Counted from the stretch's first letter, positions 1 to 10,400 are shown. The stretch is DNA of 64,000 nt from an uncultured cyanobacterium (GCA_963793265.1 CAWBZI010000001.1:160001-224000); one strand, 5' to 3'. Made by a program: numbers and translations. Notes: generated from the sequence alone by a model not told the origin.

Positions 1-83
1 GGCGGACAGGTTGTGTCAATATAAAAACGGTTTGCCAAGCTGAGGAATCTCTTTAGCACAATTGGCAGGAAATGGAGTAATCA

Positions 84-2165
84 ATGGAATCCGCAGAGGC
101 CATTTATCAATACGCCTGGCTGATACCCGTACTGCCCTTATTAGGCGCAGCGATTGTCGGCTCAGGGCTAATTAGCTACAACGAAGCGACCAACAAGCTC
201 AGAAAGCCGGTCGCCACCTTTATCGTCAGCCTGATTGGCGCGGCGATGACCTTATCTATCTTAATTTTAGTCAGCCAAGTTCAGGGCCACGCGCCCTACA
301 CCTATTTGATTGAATGGGCCTCCGCCGGAGACTTCCATATCAACATGGGCTTCACTATCGACCACATCACCTCACTGATGCTGGTAATCGTCACCACCGT
401 TGCATTTTTGGTGATGATCTATACCGATGGCTACATGTCTCACGACCCGAGCTATGTTCGCTTTTACGCCTATCTGAGCCTGTTTAGCTCATCTATGCTG
501 GGTCTGGTCGTGAGCCCAAACCTGTTGCAGGTGTATGTATTTTGGGAGCTGGTGGGGATGTGTTCCTACCTGCTGATTGGCTACTGGTATGACCGCGATG
601 GCGCAGCAGATGCCTGTCAGAAAGCCTTTGTCACTAACCGAGTCGGTGACTTTGGACTGCTGCTGGGGATGCTCGGACTGTTTTGGGCAACCGGGACGTT
701 TGAGTTTGAGCTGATGGGCGATCGCCTCTCAGAACTGGTCACTACAGGCGTGATTTCAGGTGGACTTGCGGCCCTCTTTGCCGGACTGGTATTCATGGGG
801 CCGATGGCAAAGTCAGCGCAGTTCCCGCTGCACGTTTGGCTACCTGATGCGATGGAAGGCCCCACGCCAATTTCTGCGCTCATTCACGCGGCAACAATGG
901 TGGCAGCAGGCGTATTTCTAATCGCCCGCATGTATCCCGTCTTTGAAGACATTCCTACCGTCATGAGCATCATTGCTTGGACAGGTACTATCACCGCCTT
1001 TTTGGGCGCATCAATTGCGATCACGCAAAACGATATTAAGAAGGGGCTGGCCTTTTCTACCATGTCTCAGCTTGGCTACATGGTGATGGCGATGGGCGTA
1101 GGCGCTTATACCGCTGGCCTGTTTCACCTGATGACACACGCTTACTTCAAAGCGATGCTGTTTTTAGGCTCAGGCTCAGTTATTCACGGCATGGAAGAAG
1201 TGGTTGGCCACGATCCAGCGCTGGCGCAGGATATGCGCTTGATGGGTGGATTGCGCAAGTACATGCCGATTACAGCAATTACCTTTTTAATCGGTACGCT
1301 GGCAATTTCAGGGCTTCCTCCGTTTGCAGGTTTCTGGTCTAAAGACGAAATCTTAGGCTCCGTGTTTGAAGTGAACCCGATAATGTGGGCAATCGGCTGG
1401 ATTACCGCAGGTGCCACCGCGTTCTATATGTTCCGCATGTATTTCTCCACGTTTGAAGGTGAGTTCAAAGGGACTGACGCTGACATTCAGCGCATGGTGA
1501 AGCGGCAGTCTTTGCAGATGGCTGGGGCTTCTATGGGGCCGGGTGCCATGAGCACTCAGGAGCTAGCGGTAGAGACGGGGCATGGTGACGATCATGGGGA
1601 TCATCATCACGCTGAAGAGCCGCATGAGTCAGTGCTGAGCATGACGTTTCCGCTGATGATGCTGGCGATTCCTTCAACCTTGATTGGTTTGGTGGGCACG
1701 CCGTTTGCTAACTACTTTGAAGAGTTTATTCATCCTTCAGGCGAAGCGCTGACGGTAGCTGAAATTGCTGAAGAGGTTGATATCAATGAGTTTGTGCGGA
1801 TGGCTGGGCTGTCTGTGGCGATCTCGGTGGCGGGGATTATTTTGGCGGTGCTGATGTATCGGACTAAGGCGATTAGTGCAAGTGTGATCGCTAACAAAAT
1901 CAAGCCCCTCTACAACCTATCGCTCAACAAGTGGTACATCGACGATATCTATCGCGAGGTATTCATTAAGGGCACACGCAACCTTGCTAAAGGCGTGCTG
2001 AACGTAGACGTGAAAATTGTCGATGGTATTGTGAACCTCACAGGCTTTGTCACGCTGGTGACGGGTGAGGGGTTGAAATACTTTGAGAATGGCCGCGCTC
2101 AGTTCTATGCGCTGATTGTGTTTGGTGCGGTGTTGGGATTGGTCTTTGTGTCAGGACTGACATAA
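84..2165 (+). CDS. ndhF1: NAD(P)H-quinone oxidoreductase (NDH-1) subunit 5 / NdhF1
   Basis: 693 aa membrane protein with GPMAKSAQFPLHVWLPDAMEGPTPISALIHAATMV and His-rich loop before PHES. Confidence 0.97.
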   Translation: MESAEAIYQYAWLIPVLPLLGAAIVGSGLISYNEATNKLRKPVATFIVSLIGAAMTLSILILVSQVQGHAPYTYLIEWASAGDFHINMGFTIDHITSLMLVIVTTVAFLVMIYTDGYMSHDPSYVRFYAYLSLFSSSMLGLVVSPNLLQVYVFWELVGMCSYLLIGYWYDRDGAADACQKAFVTNRVGDFGLLLGMLGLFWATGTFEFELMGDRLSELVTTGVISGGLAALFAGLVFMGPMAKSAQFPLHVWLPDAMEGPTPISALIHAATMVAAGVFLIARMYPVFEDIPTVMSIIAWTGTITAFLGASIAITQNDIKKGLAFSTMSQLGYMVMAMGVGAYTAGLFHLMTHAYFKAMLFLGSGSVIHGMEEVVGHDPALAQDMRLMGGLRKYMPITAITFLIGTLAISGLPPFAGFWSKDEILGSVFEVNPIMWAIGWITAGATAFYMFRMYFSTFEGEFKGTDADIQRMVKRQSLQMAGASMGPGAMSTQELAVETGHGDDHGDHHHAEEPHESVLSMTFPLMMLAIPSTLIGLVGTPFANYFEEFIHPSGEALTVAEIAEEVDINEFVRMAGLSVAISVAGIILAVLMYRTKAISASVIANKIKPLYNLSLNKWYIDDIYREVFIKGTRNLAKGVLNVDVKIVDGIVNLTGFVTLVTGEGLKYFENGRAQFYALIVFGAVLGLVFVSGLT
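718..725. repeat. HIP1 octamer GCGATCGC (first example; recurs throughout the window, e.g. 3077-3084)
   Basis: Palindromic octamer seen many times in coding and non-coding DNA; hallmark of many cyanobacterial genomes. Confidence 0.95.
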
Positions 2166-2195
2166 CGCTTCAATTTTGAATACGGATATAGACTT

Positions 2196-2232
2196 AAGGA
2201 GCATTGGCATTTAGCCCAGTGCTCCTTGTTTT
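2196..2232 (+). terminator. Rho-independent terminator after ndhF1
   Basis: AAGGAGCATTGG-catttagc-CCAGTGCTCCTT followed by GTTTT. Confidence 0.75.
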
Positions 2233-2288
2233 ATTGCTATAGCCTTAGCCTTCTAGCCTATTGCGTTCACCATGGCTGTCATCTCGAT

Positions 2289-2729
2289 ATGAAAAACACT
2301 TACCAAACCGATTTCGATGTTTGGACACATCAAACGGCTCAGCTATTGCGTGAAGGGCGCTATGCAGAGATAGAAACCGAGCGTTTAATAGAGGAAGTTG
2401 AGGATTTGGGTAAGCGTGACCGTCGGGCTGTAGTCAGTCAGCTTATTCGTTTGCTGATGAACTTACTCAAGTGGGCATATCAGCCAGCGCGTAGATCTGA
2501 CAGTTGGCTGGACTCCATCACAGATGCTCGCGTTCAAATTCAGCTAGCTTTTGAAGATAGCCCAAGCCTTGAAAACTATCTATCTGCGCAGGTTGAGTCA
2601 AGCTATGAACGCGCGCGTCGCCAGGCTGCGCGGCAAACGGGACTAGATGTCTCTGTTTTTCCGAGCGATTGCCCGTATGAGCTAGAGTCTGTGCTGAACG
2701 AGGATTGGCTACCTTTAGAAAAAGAATGA
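2289..2729 (+). CDS. DUF29 family protein
   Basis: YQTDFDVWTHQTAQLLR...LIEEVEDLG...LLKWAYQP...SW...SPSL...FPSDCPY; ATG 2289 preferred over the TTG at 2226, which lies in the terminator. Confidence 0.9.
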   Translation: MKNTYQTDFDVWTHQTAQLLREGRYAEIETERLIEEVEDLGKRDRRAVVSQLIRLLMNLLKWAYQPARRSDSWLDSITDARVQIQLAFEDSPSLENYLSAQVESSYERARRQAARQTGLDVSVFPSDCPYELESVLNEDWLPLEKE

Positions 2730-2732
2730 ACG

Positions 2733-2776
2733 AGTTTGGATAGCGTCACTTAAAAGTTTGGATAGCGTCACTTAAA
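2733..2776. repeat. Perfect 22-bp tandem duplication AGTTTGGATAGCGTCACTTAAA x2
   Basis: Seen directly. Confidence 0.95.
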
Positions 2777-2809
2777 ATAGGGCTGTTTTGAACTCTATAG
2801 ACTCCCGCT

Positions 2810-3202
2810 ATGTTTGATCATATTTCTATCGGCGTTCTCGATTTGGCCAAGAGCCTTACGTTCTACGATGCTGCGCTGAAGCCGCTAGGACTTAGCCGGA
2901 TGTTTGCGATGGAAGACAGGGGCATCGCGGCCTACGTAGATGACAAGCAGGTTTCTTTTTGGCTTTATTCTAAAGATGTGAATCAGGCGAATTTAGAAAA
3001 CATGCCCAATCCACCGCGATTCCATTTGGCGTTTCGCGCGGCGGATAGAGCGGCGGTGGATGCTTTTTATGCAAGTGCGATCGCCCGAGGCGGAAAAGAC
3101 GAAGGCGCTCCCGGCATCCGCAGCCAATATCACCCGAATTACTACGCCGCATATGTGCGCGACCCTAACGGCTACAAAATAGAGGCAGTCTGCCAACAGT
3201 AA
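2810..3202 (+). CDS. VOC/glyoxalase family protein
   Basis: MFDHISIGV...HLAFRA...YHPNYYAAYVRDPNGYKIEAVC. Confidence 0.92.
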   Translation: MFDHISIGVLDLAKSLTFYDAALKPLGLSRMFAMEDRGIAAYVDDKQVSFWLYSKDVNQANLENMPNPPRFHLAFRAADRAAVDAFYASAIARGGKDEGAPGIRSQYHPNYYAAYVRDPNGYKIEAVCQQ

Positions 3203-3207
3203 AGAGA

Positions 3208-3627
3208 ATGGAAGTCGAAGGATCTATGGAAACAATCGCGCTAAGGCTAACGCCTGGATTAGATATTCGTAGAGACTTAGAAGACTTTGCAAAAAGAGAG
3301 GCCGTTGAAGCGGCTGTTATTTTAGGCGCGGTCGGCAGTCTGTCGCAGGTGTGCCTGCGCTTTGCCGGACAGGATGACCATACCCAGCTAGCGGGTAAGC
3401 ACGAAATTTTGACGCTCTCCGGCATGATCAGCAAAGCAGGCGTACATTTGCACATGAGCGTTTCAGATTCGCAGGGCAACTGCATAGGCGGGCATGTGGT
3501 GTATGGATGCAAGGTGTATACGACGCTGGAAATTGTGATCGCGCTACTACCAAACTTACAGTTCCACAGAGAGATCGATCCAACTACCGGCTTCAAAGAG
3601 CTAAAGATTGCTTCGGTTGAGTCATAA
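3208..3627 (+). CDS. PPC domain / DUF296 protein
   Basis: LRLTPG...GAVGSL...EILTLSG...HLHMSVSD..G..IGGH. Confidence 0.9.
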   Translation: MEVEGSMETIALRLTPGLDIRRDLEDFAKREAVEAAVILGAVGSLSQVCLRFAGQDDHTQLAGKHEILTLSGMISKAGVHLHMSVSDSQGNCIGGHVVYGCKVYTTLEIVIALLPNLQFHREIDPTTGFKELKIASVES

Positions 3628-3748
3628 GCACAGGCTGCCATAAGCATCGTCAACAACCTTGCTATATTCCAGATTTCTCTCAGGATGTCATTCGCCTGCT
3701 CTCATATTTGCCATGAGATAGAGGCGTAGGGTTGCCATCAACCTCTGA

Positions 3749-4955
3749 ATGCGCCCTCTAAAACGATTGCTATTAGTATTTTTGGCCAAGATATTTTCGA
3801 TAAAAATAGAATTGCGATCACAACAGATAAAGTCTATCGTCGGCGCTCTTACTACCGCTATTTTAATCCTGTTGTTTGGCCTAACATCGCCCCAACCAGG
3901 ACTGGCTCAGTCTACCGCGCCTGCCATCCCTAACGACACTGTAGCTGCAGATGTTGTTGTAGATGGTAGAGTTCTATTCCGTTTAGGAAGCATTCCTGGC
4001 TTCACGGCAAAGGCCAGGGCCGAAAGTGTTAACCGTGATTTGCAAGCAGCAATACGAACAACCCCATTCGATCAAGATATTCGAGTGGGCATTGTCGAGC
4101 GCGATCGCCTGAGCACCATTCGGGTGAACAATCGCCACCTCCTCTCAATTACAAACAGCGACTTTAGGATGGGCGTGAGCCCGCAGGAGCAGGCAGAAGA
4201 CTGGGTAGGGCTGCTGCAAACGTCGCTAGCTAATGCGCAAAGGGAGCGATCGCCTGACTATGCTCGTGCGGTCATTTGGCAAATTGCAGCGGCGTTAGTA
4301 GCGGCGATCACGCTGTACATACTCATAAGATTTGACCTGCAAAATATCGTCAACAACTTTATTAGCGGCTGGATTTTACTCATTGAGCGTCCGGTGCAGG
4401 TTGGCGACCTTGTAGACGTAGGCGCTGTCCTTGGCACCGTAGATCACATTGGAATGCGCAGCACTCAGCTAAAAACGGCTGATGGCTTCTCGATTATTTT
4501 GCCAAGCCAAGACAAACGGGACAGCGACTCAATTACACAACCCGCCATTTGCGCCACCGCCATCGTCAGAATCGCCTTCTCAAACTGATGTAGAGCCACC
4601 TGCAAAAGCGGGCACGTTCCCAGCCGATATCCTTGCAGATGTGACTCGCTATTCCATTCTTTTGAAAGGACATAAGAGCGTCGCTACTACAGAAATCGAT
4701 CGGCTTGTCGAACAAATGCTGGGGCCAGATGGGCTAGTGATTAGCGATCGCCGTTTTCGCCTGTCGGCCTATCCCAAATGCTTTGTCGGTAGCGAGGCGG
4801 TTAGCTGGATGATAAGAACGCAAAAAGCTATGCAGATAGAGGCGTTTCGGCTTGGACAGTTACTTGTAGATCGCGGCGTTGTTCATCACGCTAGCGATGA
4901 ACACGGGTTTAAAGATGAGCACCTGTTCTATCGTTTCTATAAAGATGAAGTTTGA
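3749..4955 (+). pseudogene. Decayed mechanosensitive channel (MscS)-DEP domain gene, split into ORFs 3749-4588 and 4482-4955
   Basis: MscS motif LQNIVNNFISG..ERPVQVGD...IGMRST present, but the preceding TM helices and the MscS C-terminal domain are missing; DEP domain (CFVGSEAVSWM...HH..DEH.FKDEHLFYRF) lies in another frame. Confidence 0.75.
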
Positions 4956-5020
4956 GCAAAATCGAGCCAACCACCAGATTCAAAGCGCTAAAGCTTTGAC
5001 GCTGCAATAGCTATATAAGC

Positions 5021-5045
5021 CAGTGGGCTCCAGTGGGCTCCAGTG
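5021..5045. repeat. 10-bp tandem repeat CAGTGGGCTC x2.5
   Basis: Seen directly. Confidence 0.85.
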
Positions 5046-5058
5046 ACGTGACACACTG

Positions 5059-5081
5059 ATGTATTACATATGTAGTACATA
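5059..5081. promoter_or_regulatory. Candidate operator: near-perfect 22-bp palindrome that is also an 11-bp direct repeat
   Basis: ATGTATTACATATGTAGTACATA upstream of the small-gene cluster. Confidence 0.4.
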
Positions 5082-5230
5082 CAATAGCTGTGTCTTCACT
5101 CAACTTAACGAAACTTTTTGGATTTTAAAGATAAGATTAAATTAACGTGAGGAAAGAGATTAATAAATTTAGCTTATTTGTTTGTGGCCTTAGTGCATTG
5201 ACAATTCAAGCTGCTAAGAGAGCGCCCATA

Positions 5231-5428
5231 ATGATTAGTAAAAACGTCCATAGCGTCGAGATTCAGCGGAATACTCGTGATCACAAAGGCTGTTTTGTCC
5301 CAGATGAAGTTTATCAATTAGTCGAGATCACGCCATCGGGATGGGCTTTGATTTGCCCAGATAATGCTGTTTGCCACTATGTTGATCCTGAAGAGGTACG
5401 TGAGGCTTCCAAGCGCTGTTTTCTATAG
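5231..5428 (+). CDS. Small hypothetical protein (~65 aa)
   Basis: ORF after AT-rich promoter-like DNA; ATG at 5231 chosen over GTG at 5147. Confidence 0.5.
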   Translation: MISKNVHSVEIQRNTRDHKGCFVPDEVYQLVEITPSGWALICPDNAVCHYVDPEEVREASKRCFL

Positions 5429-5444
5429 TCTCTAGAGGTATAGC

Positions 5445-5510
5445 CCTCAAGGTCATAGTCCTCAAGGTCATAGTCCTCAAGGTCATAGTCCTCAAGGTCA
5501 TAGTCCTCAA
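5445..5510. repeat. 15-bp tandem repeat CCTCAAGGTCATAGT x4.4
   Basis: Four perfect copies plus CCTCAA, no spacers. Confidence 0.97.
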
Positions 5511-5545
5511 ATTTAAAACAACCTTTCAAGGCAACAGTAATAATC

Positions 5546-5728
5546 ATGCACTACAACCCTTCCATCAGTGAAGCACCCCGAAATCAGAATACGCCTATCG
5601 TTCATAGAGCAACAGCAGAAACGATTTTAGGTTGGCTAGAGCGAAAGGGCCGATTGATTGCCTATGAAACGGATGATGCTGGCAACAGAATATATCCTCC
5701 TGTGCTGCCAATGAGGCAACACGGCTAG
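5546..5728 (+). CDS. DUF3134-like small protein
   Basis: YNPSISEAPR...ILGWLERKGRLI resembles the cyanobacterial DUF3134 pattern. Confidence 0.65.
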   Translation: MHYNPSISEAPRNQNTPIVHRATAETILGWLERKGRLIAYETDDAGNRIYPPVLPMRQHG

Positions 5729-5753
5729 ATTCACACAACCTGAGGAGAGAATT

Positions 5754-5954
5754 ATGACGAATCCTGGTGAACTTACCCTCTCGCAAGAGTTTCAGATAAG
5801 AGTTTTATCGAAACAGATAGAAACACTAGACATACAGCAGATTCGGGAATATGCAATAGAAGCGACAAGGCAAATTATGGTGAAAGACAATTGGGCAAAT
5901 CACGCCTTCAAATCATACTTTTTGGCCCCCTTGAAGTATCCCTTTAAACGGTAG
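5754..5954 (+). CDS. nblA: Phycobilisome degradation protein NblA family
   Basis: 66 aa; ELTLSQEFQIR...Q...L...Q.RE......RQIMVKDN; SD-like GAGGAG upstream. Confidence 0.8.
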   Translation: MTNPGELTLSQEFQIRVLSKQIETLDIQQIREYAIEATRQIMVKDNWANHAFKSYFLAPLKYPFKR

Positions 5955-6102
5955 TCGTGCCTTGAGTTCTGCACCTATGGATATGTAGTCGGTGAGTCAG
6001 GCACTTGGCATACTGAGGTATTGAGTAAACATACTGCTGTACCCTGAGCGCGTATCGCTTAACGAACGATGCGATCGCCTGCTCTCGAAGAACGTACCTT
6101 CT

Positions 6103-6888
6103 ATGGGTTTCCAACTGTCTGAAGTCAAGCTGATGGGCCTGTCTCGTCAGCGAAAAATGCTTTCTGCGCGCGCTAGAATGAGGGGCTTGCAAAGCCTGCC
6201 GGTAGCAGTCAGAAAAGGTCTGTATCGAGGAGGCACTTACGCCTGCCCGGTCTGTGAAAGTTCCATTCGACAGTTTGAATCTTTTGGCCATATTGACCAG
6301 GCTTGGTGCCCGGTGTGCTCGGCAATGCCATGGCAAAGATTAGGCTGGCTCGTACTTCAGCAACACACCAACCTCTTTGCAGGAGCGCCGCTGCGGATGC
6401 TGCACATGGCCCCTGAAGTTGCCTTTGAGCCCAGGTTGAAACAGCTATCTCATCTTGACTATGTTACCGCCGATCTTTACGAACCCGGCGTAATAGTCAA
6501 TATGGACGCTACCAATAATCCCTTCCCAGACGACTCGTTCAATGCCATTTACTGTAGTCACGTCATGGAGCATATTCCAGACGATAGTAAAGCCTTCAGC
6601 GAATTTTTTCGTGTTTTAGCGCCGGGTGGGTGGGCGATATTTATGGTGCCTATTCGGATGAATGCCCTCACTGATGAGGATGCAAGTGTCGTTGATCCCA
6701 AAGTTAGAGAAAAGCGCTTTGGTCAATACGATCACGTGCGTTTTTACGGCAAAGACTTTGAAGATCGTCTGAAGGCGGCTGGGTTTCAGGTTAGTTTATT
6801 TCGGCCAGAAGATGTGGCTGAGACTAACAAGCCGAATAGGGGACTACGCGAGTCTGAAGTTTTGTTTTATGCGAGTAAAGCAGCGTAG
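6103..6888 (+). CDS. Class I SAM-dependent methyltransferase with N-terminal CxxC...CxxC
   Basis: CPVC...CPVC, LHMAPE, IYCSHVMEHIPDD, RVLAPGG, RFGQYDHVRFYG. Confidence 0.88.
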   Translation: MGFQLSEVKLMGLSRQRKMLSARARMRGLQSLPVAVRKGLYRGGTYACPVCESSIRQFESFGHIDQAWCPVCSAMPWQRLGWLVLQQHTNLFAGAPLRMLHMAPEVAFEPRLKQLSHLDYVTADLYEPGVIVNMDATNNPFPDDSFNAIYCSHVMEHIPDDSKAFSEFFRVLAPGGWAIFMVPIRMNALTDEDASVVDPKVREKRFGQYDHVRFYGKDFEDRLKAAGFQVSLFRPEDVAETNKPNRGLRESEVLFYASKAA

Positions 6889-7174
6889 TGAGGGAATAGG
6901 CGCTTAGAAGATCAATGCCAGGCGATTGATCCTTAAGGTGGTGCTAAGTTGAGCGGCGTTTTTTGCTAGGGGCAGTATCATTCTTGGGCAGTGATCGCTC
7001 CTAATCATTCAGACTTCAAAAACACAGCCACACACTCTTAAGAAAAAATAATCACCTGCGCAGAATCAATTTTTCTCTCTACAGTGTGAAAAGAAGTTCA
7101 GCTTCGGCTTATACAGTTCGTCAGTAGCCTTATCGCATCACAGCTCATCCAAGCCGCAGACTCTCAAATTCGTT

Positions 7175-8761
7175 ATGGATCAATTCCCCTGGCTGTCGTT
7201 CATTATTTTCTTCCCGTTTGCAGCGGCGTTGCTCATTCCCCTCATCCCCGATGAGAATGGCCGCACCGTTCGCTGGTATGCCCTGGTGGTCGGTCTGATT
7301 GACTTTGCCGCCATCGTCTACGCCTTCTCCACCTACTACGACATCAACAGCTCAGGAATGCAGCTCTACGAAAGCTACACCTGGGTGCCACAGCTAGACC
7401 TGCGCTGGTCAGTTGGGGTCGATGGTCTGTCGATGCCGCTGGTGCTGCTAACGGGGTTTATCACCACGCTCGCAATTTTGGCCTCATGGCCGGTGACCTT
7501 TAAGCCCAAGCTGTTTTACTTTTTGCTGCTGAGCATGTACGCCGGTCAAATCGGTGTGTTTGCCGTGCAAGACATGCTGCTGTTCTTCCTGATGTGGGAG
7601 CTAGAGCTGCTGCCGGTATATCTGCTGCTCTCTATCTGGGGCGGCAAAAAAAGGCTGTACGCGGCGACAAAGTTCATCCTCTACACCGCTGGGGGGTCGC
7701 TGTTTATTCTGCTGGCCGCGCTTGGTATGGCCTTCTATGGCGATACGGTGACCTTCGACATGCAGTCGCTGATGGCGAAGGAGTTTCCGCTGAGGCTACA
7801 GCTATTCCTTTACACGGGCTTTTTGATAGCCTATGCGGTGAAGCTGCCGATTATTCCTTTCCACACGTGGCTACCAGACGCGCACGGTGAGGCGACTGCG
7901 CCTGTGCACATGCTGCTGGCGGGCATTCTGCTGAAGATGGGCGGATACGCGATTATTCGCATGAACGTAGAAATGCTGCCGGATGCCCATGCGGTCATCG
8001 CGCCAGGACTGGTGATTTTGGGCGTGGTGAATATTATTTACGCGGCCCTGACCTCGTTTGCACAGAATAATCTGAAGCGAAAGATTGCATACTCATCTAT
8101 TTCGCACATGGGCTTTGTGCTCATTGGCTTGGGATCGTTTACGAACTTGGGCTTAAGTGGCGCGGTGCTACAGATGGTTTCGCACGGTTTAATTGGCGCA
8201 AGCTTGTTTTTCCTAGTCGGCGCAACCTACGACCGTACGCACACGCTGATTTTGGACGAGATGGGCGGCATTGGTCGCAAAATGCCAAAGATTTTTGCGA
8301 TGTTCACTACCTGCTCAATGGCGTCTTTGGCACTGCCTGGCATGAGTGGATTTGTCGCGGAGCTAATGGTGTTTGTGGGCTTTGCAAACAGCGATGCTTA
8401 CGGCTTCAACTTTAAGCTGATCGTAGTGATGCTGATGGCAGTTGGCGTGATTTTGACACCGCTGTACCTGCTCTCGATGCTGCGCGATATCTTCTACGGC
8501 CCTGAGAATGAAGAGCTGATTTCTAAAGAAGTTCTGATTGACGCGGAGCCTCGTGAAGTATTTGTCATCGTTTGTCTGCTGATTCCTATTATTGGCTTTG
8601 GCTTGTATCCGAAGGGGCTAACGCAGCTTTATGATGCGAAGACAATCCAGATTACAGAGCGCATTCGGACGGAGATGTTTGCGATCGCTCAAGACAAAAC
8701 CCCACCGCTCCCCATCGCAACCACACCGTTGCTGAACGCCCCGGAGATCACGACGCCATAG
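7175..8761 (+). CDS. ndhD1: NAD(P)H-quinone oxidoreductase subunit 4 / NdhD1
   Basis: [42 protein letters not shown]. Confidence 0.95.
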   Translation: MDQFPWLSFIIFFPFAAALLIPLIPDENGRTVRWYALVVGLIDFAAIVYAFSTYYDINSSGMQLYESYTWVPQLDLRWSVGVDGLSMPLVLLTGFITTLAILASWPVTFKPKLFYFLLLSMYAGQIGVFAVQDMLLFFLMWELELLPVYLLLSIWGGKKRLYAATKFILYTAGGSLFILLAALGMAFYGDTVTFDMQSLMAKEFPLRLQLFLYTGFLIAYAVKLPIIPFHTWLPDAHGEATAPVHMLLAGILLKMGGYAIIRMNVEMLPDAHAVIAPGLVILGVVNIIYAALTSFAQNNLKRKIAYSSISHMGFVLIGLGSFTNLGLSGAVLQMVSHGLIGASLFFLVGATYDRTHTLILDEMGGIGRKMPKIFAMFTTCSMASLALPGMSGFVAELMVFVGFANSDAYGFNFKLIVVMLMAVGVILTPLYLLSMLRDIFYGPENEELISKEVLIDAEPREVFVIVCLLIPIIGFGLYPKGLTQLYDAKTIQITERIRTEMFAIAQDKTPPLPIATTPLLNAPEITTP

Positions 8762-8795
8762 CGTTAGAAGCTGTTATTTCGGGCTTTAAAAAACT

Positions 8796-8830
8796 AATCC
8801 CCTTCCGGCTACCACCGCGAAGGGGATTTT
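8796..8830 (+). terminator. Rho-independent terminator after ndhD1
   Basis: AATCCCCTTC...GAAGGGGATT followed by TT. Confidence 0.75.
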
Positions 8831-8990
8831 GCTATCCTGCGTGCGGCAATGGACAACCTAATAAATACCTTCACAAAAGCTCTACGCGTTACTACGCAAT
8901 ATCTTGACACCCCGCGTAATCCCCTATAGCTTAAACATCGTCTGGCTTTAAGCTCAGCTTCAATCACTATCTATCCATCGAGCCGATCCC

Positions 8991-10400
8991 TTGGACTCCA
9001 ACCTGACTAGCGGCACCCTCCAAATCTTCTCTCGCATTTTTTCCGTACGCGGCTGGGCCTTAGAAGCCCGGCTGCTGCGGTGGATGACGCTGCTGTGGGT
9101 CTGCATCGGCATGGTGATTTTGTTTTCGGCCTCTTACCCGGTAGCCGAAGCAGACCCGCAGCTAGACGGAACGCATTACTTCAAAGTTCAGCTGATTTGG
9201 GTGCTCGTTGGCCTGGTGATCTCTCGCTGGATTACCCGCCATCCCATTCAAAAGATGATGCGGATGTCGGGCTTTTTGCTGCTGATTTGTATGCTGATGG
9301 TCATGGCCACGCATATTCCAGGCGTCGGCATTTCAGTAAATGGGGCGACTCGCTGGCTACCCTTTGGCCCGTTTTTGATTCAGCCCTCAGAGCTGATGAA
9401 GCCTTTTTTGGTGATGCACAGCGCTCAGCTATTTGGAAAATGGCATAAGCTAACCAATCAAACGCGGCTGACCTGGCTCGGCATTTTTACGGGCGGACTA
9501 CTGCTGATTTTGGCGCAGCCTAACTTGAGCACCACGGCGGTTTGTGGCATCACAATTTGGCTAATTGCACTCGCTGCTGGGATTCCTTACCGGCAGCTCA
9601 TGATCACAGCGGGAACTGGGCTGATGGCGGCAGTGCTGAGCGTGAGCATTAAGTCTTATCAGCGCGAGCGCATCATCTCTTTTATCAATCCGTGGGCTGA
9701 TCCTAGCGATACCGGCTTTCAGCTCATCCAGAGCATCCTTGCCATTGGCTCCGGCGGGGTAGGCGGCACTGGCTACGGCCTGTCCGTTCAAAAGCTTTAT
9801 TTCCTGCCGATTCAGTACACCGACTTCATTTTCTCAGTCTTCGCTGAAGAATTTGGCTTTATCGGCTGCATTATGCTGCTGTTGTTCCTGGCGGTTTATA
9901 GTACGGTCGCGCTGATGGTGGCTATTCAGGCCAAAAAGACCGTTCACCGCTTAGTGGCGATTGGCTGCATGGTGCTACTTGTGGGCCAGTCGCTGATTAA
10001 CATCGGCGTCGCTACTGGGAGTATGCCGACCACCGGACTGCCGTTCCCCATGTTCAGCTATGGCGGTAGCTCTATGATTGCCAGCCTGATTACAGCGGGC
10101 GTTTTGATCCGCGTGGCCAGAGAGTCTAGAGATGCCGAAGTGCTGACGCTTAGAAGAATTGAGCAAACGCTAGAGCGAACGGCCCGCCGCAGAACGAATC
10201 AGGTGAAGAAGAAGGTGCAGACCCCCTTTGCCCAAAGCGGCGAGCTAAAGAAGTTAACTAAAGCCTCTACTGAGAAAGACTTGCGGACGGCGCATAATCT
10301 GCTTAAAGCACCCGTTGGACGGGTCAAAAAAGCCTCGCTGGCGGCAGAGGGCCAAAAGGATCAGGAAAAGGCACCTGCCGAGAGCAATTTAATCGAATAG
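8991..10400 (+). CDS. ftsW: Cell division SEDS protein FtsW
   Basis: NGATRWL, QPSELMK, QPNLST, TDFIFSVFAEEFG, PTTGLPFPMFSYGGSS. Confidence 0.92.
   Translation: MDSNLTSGTLQIFSRIFSVRGWALEARLLRWMTLLWVCIGMVILFSASYPVAEADPQLDGTHYFKVQLIWVLVGLVISRWITRHPIQKMMRMSGFLLLICMLMVMATHIPGVGISVNGATRWLPFGPFLIQPSELMKPFLVMHSAQLFGKWHKLTNQTRLTWLGIFTGGLLLILAQPNLSTTAVCGITIWLIALAAGIPYRQLMITAGTGLMAAVLSVSIKSYQRERIISFINPWADPSDTGFQLIQSILAIGSGGVGGTGYGLSVQKLYFLPIQYTDFIFSVFAEEFGFIGCIMLLLFLAVYSTVALMVAIQAKKTVHRLVAIGCMVLLVGQSLINIGVATGSMPTTGLPFPMFSYGGSSMIASLITAGVLIRVARESRDAEVLTLRRIEQTLERTARRRTNQVKKKVQTPFAQSGELKKLTKASTEKDLRTAHNLLKAPVGRVKKASLAAEGQKDQEKAPAESNLIE

Noticed and set aside
5445..5510. CRISPR array
   Set aside because: Units are contiguous 15-mers with no spacers and no cas genes nearby; it is a plain tandem repeat. 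The 60-aa MRTMTL ORF on the minus strand is its by-product
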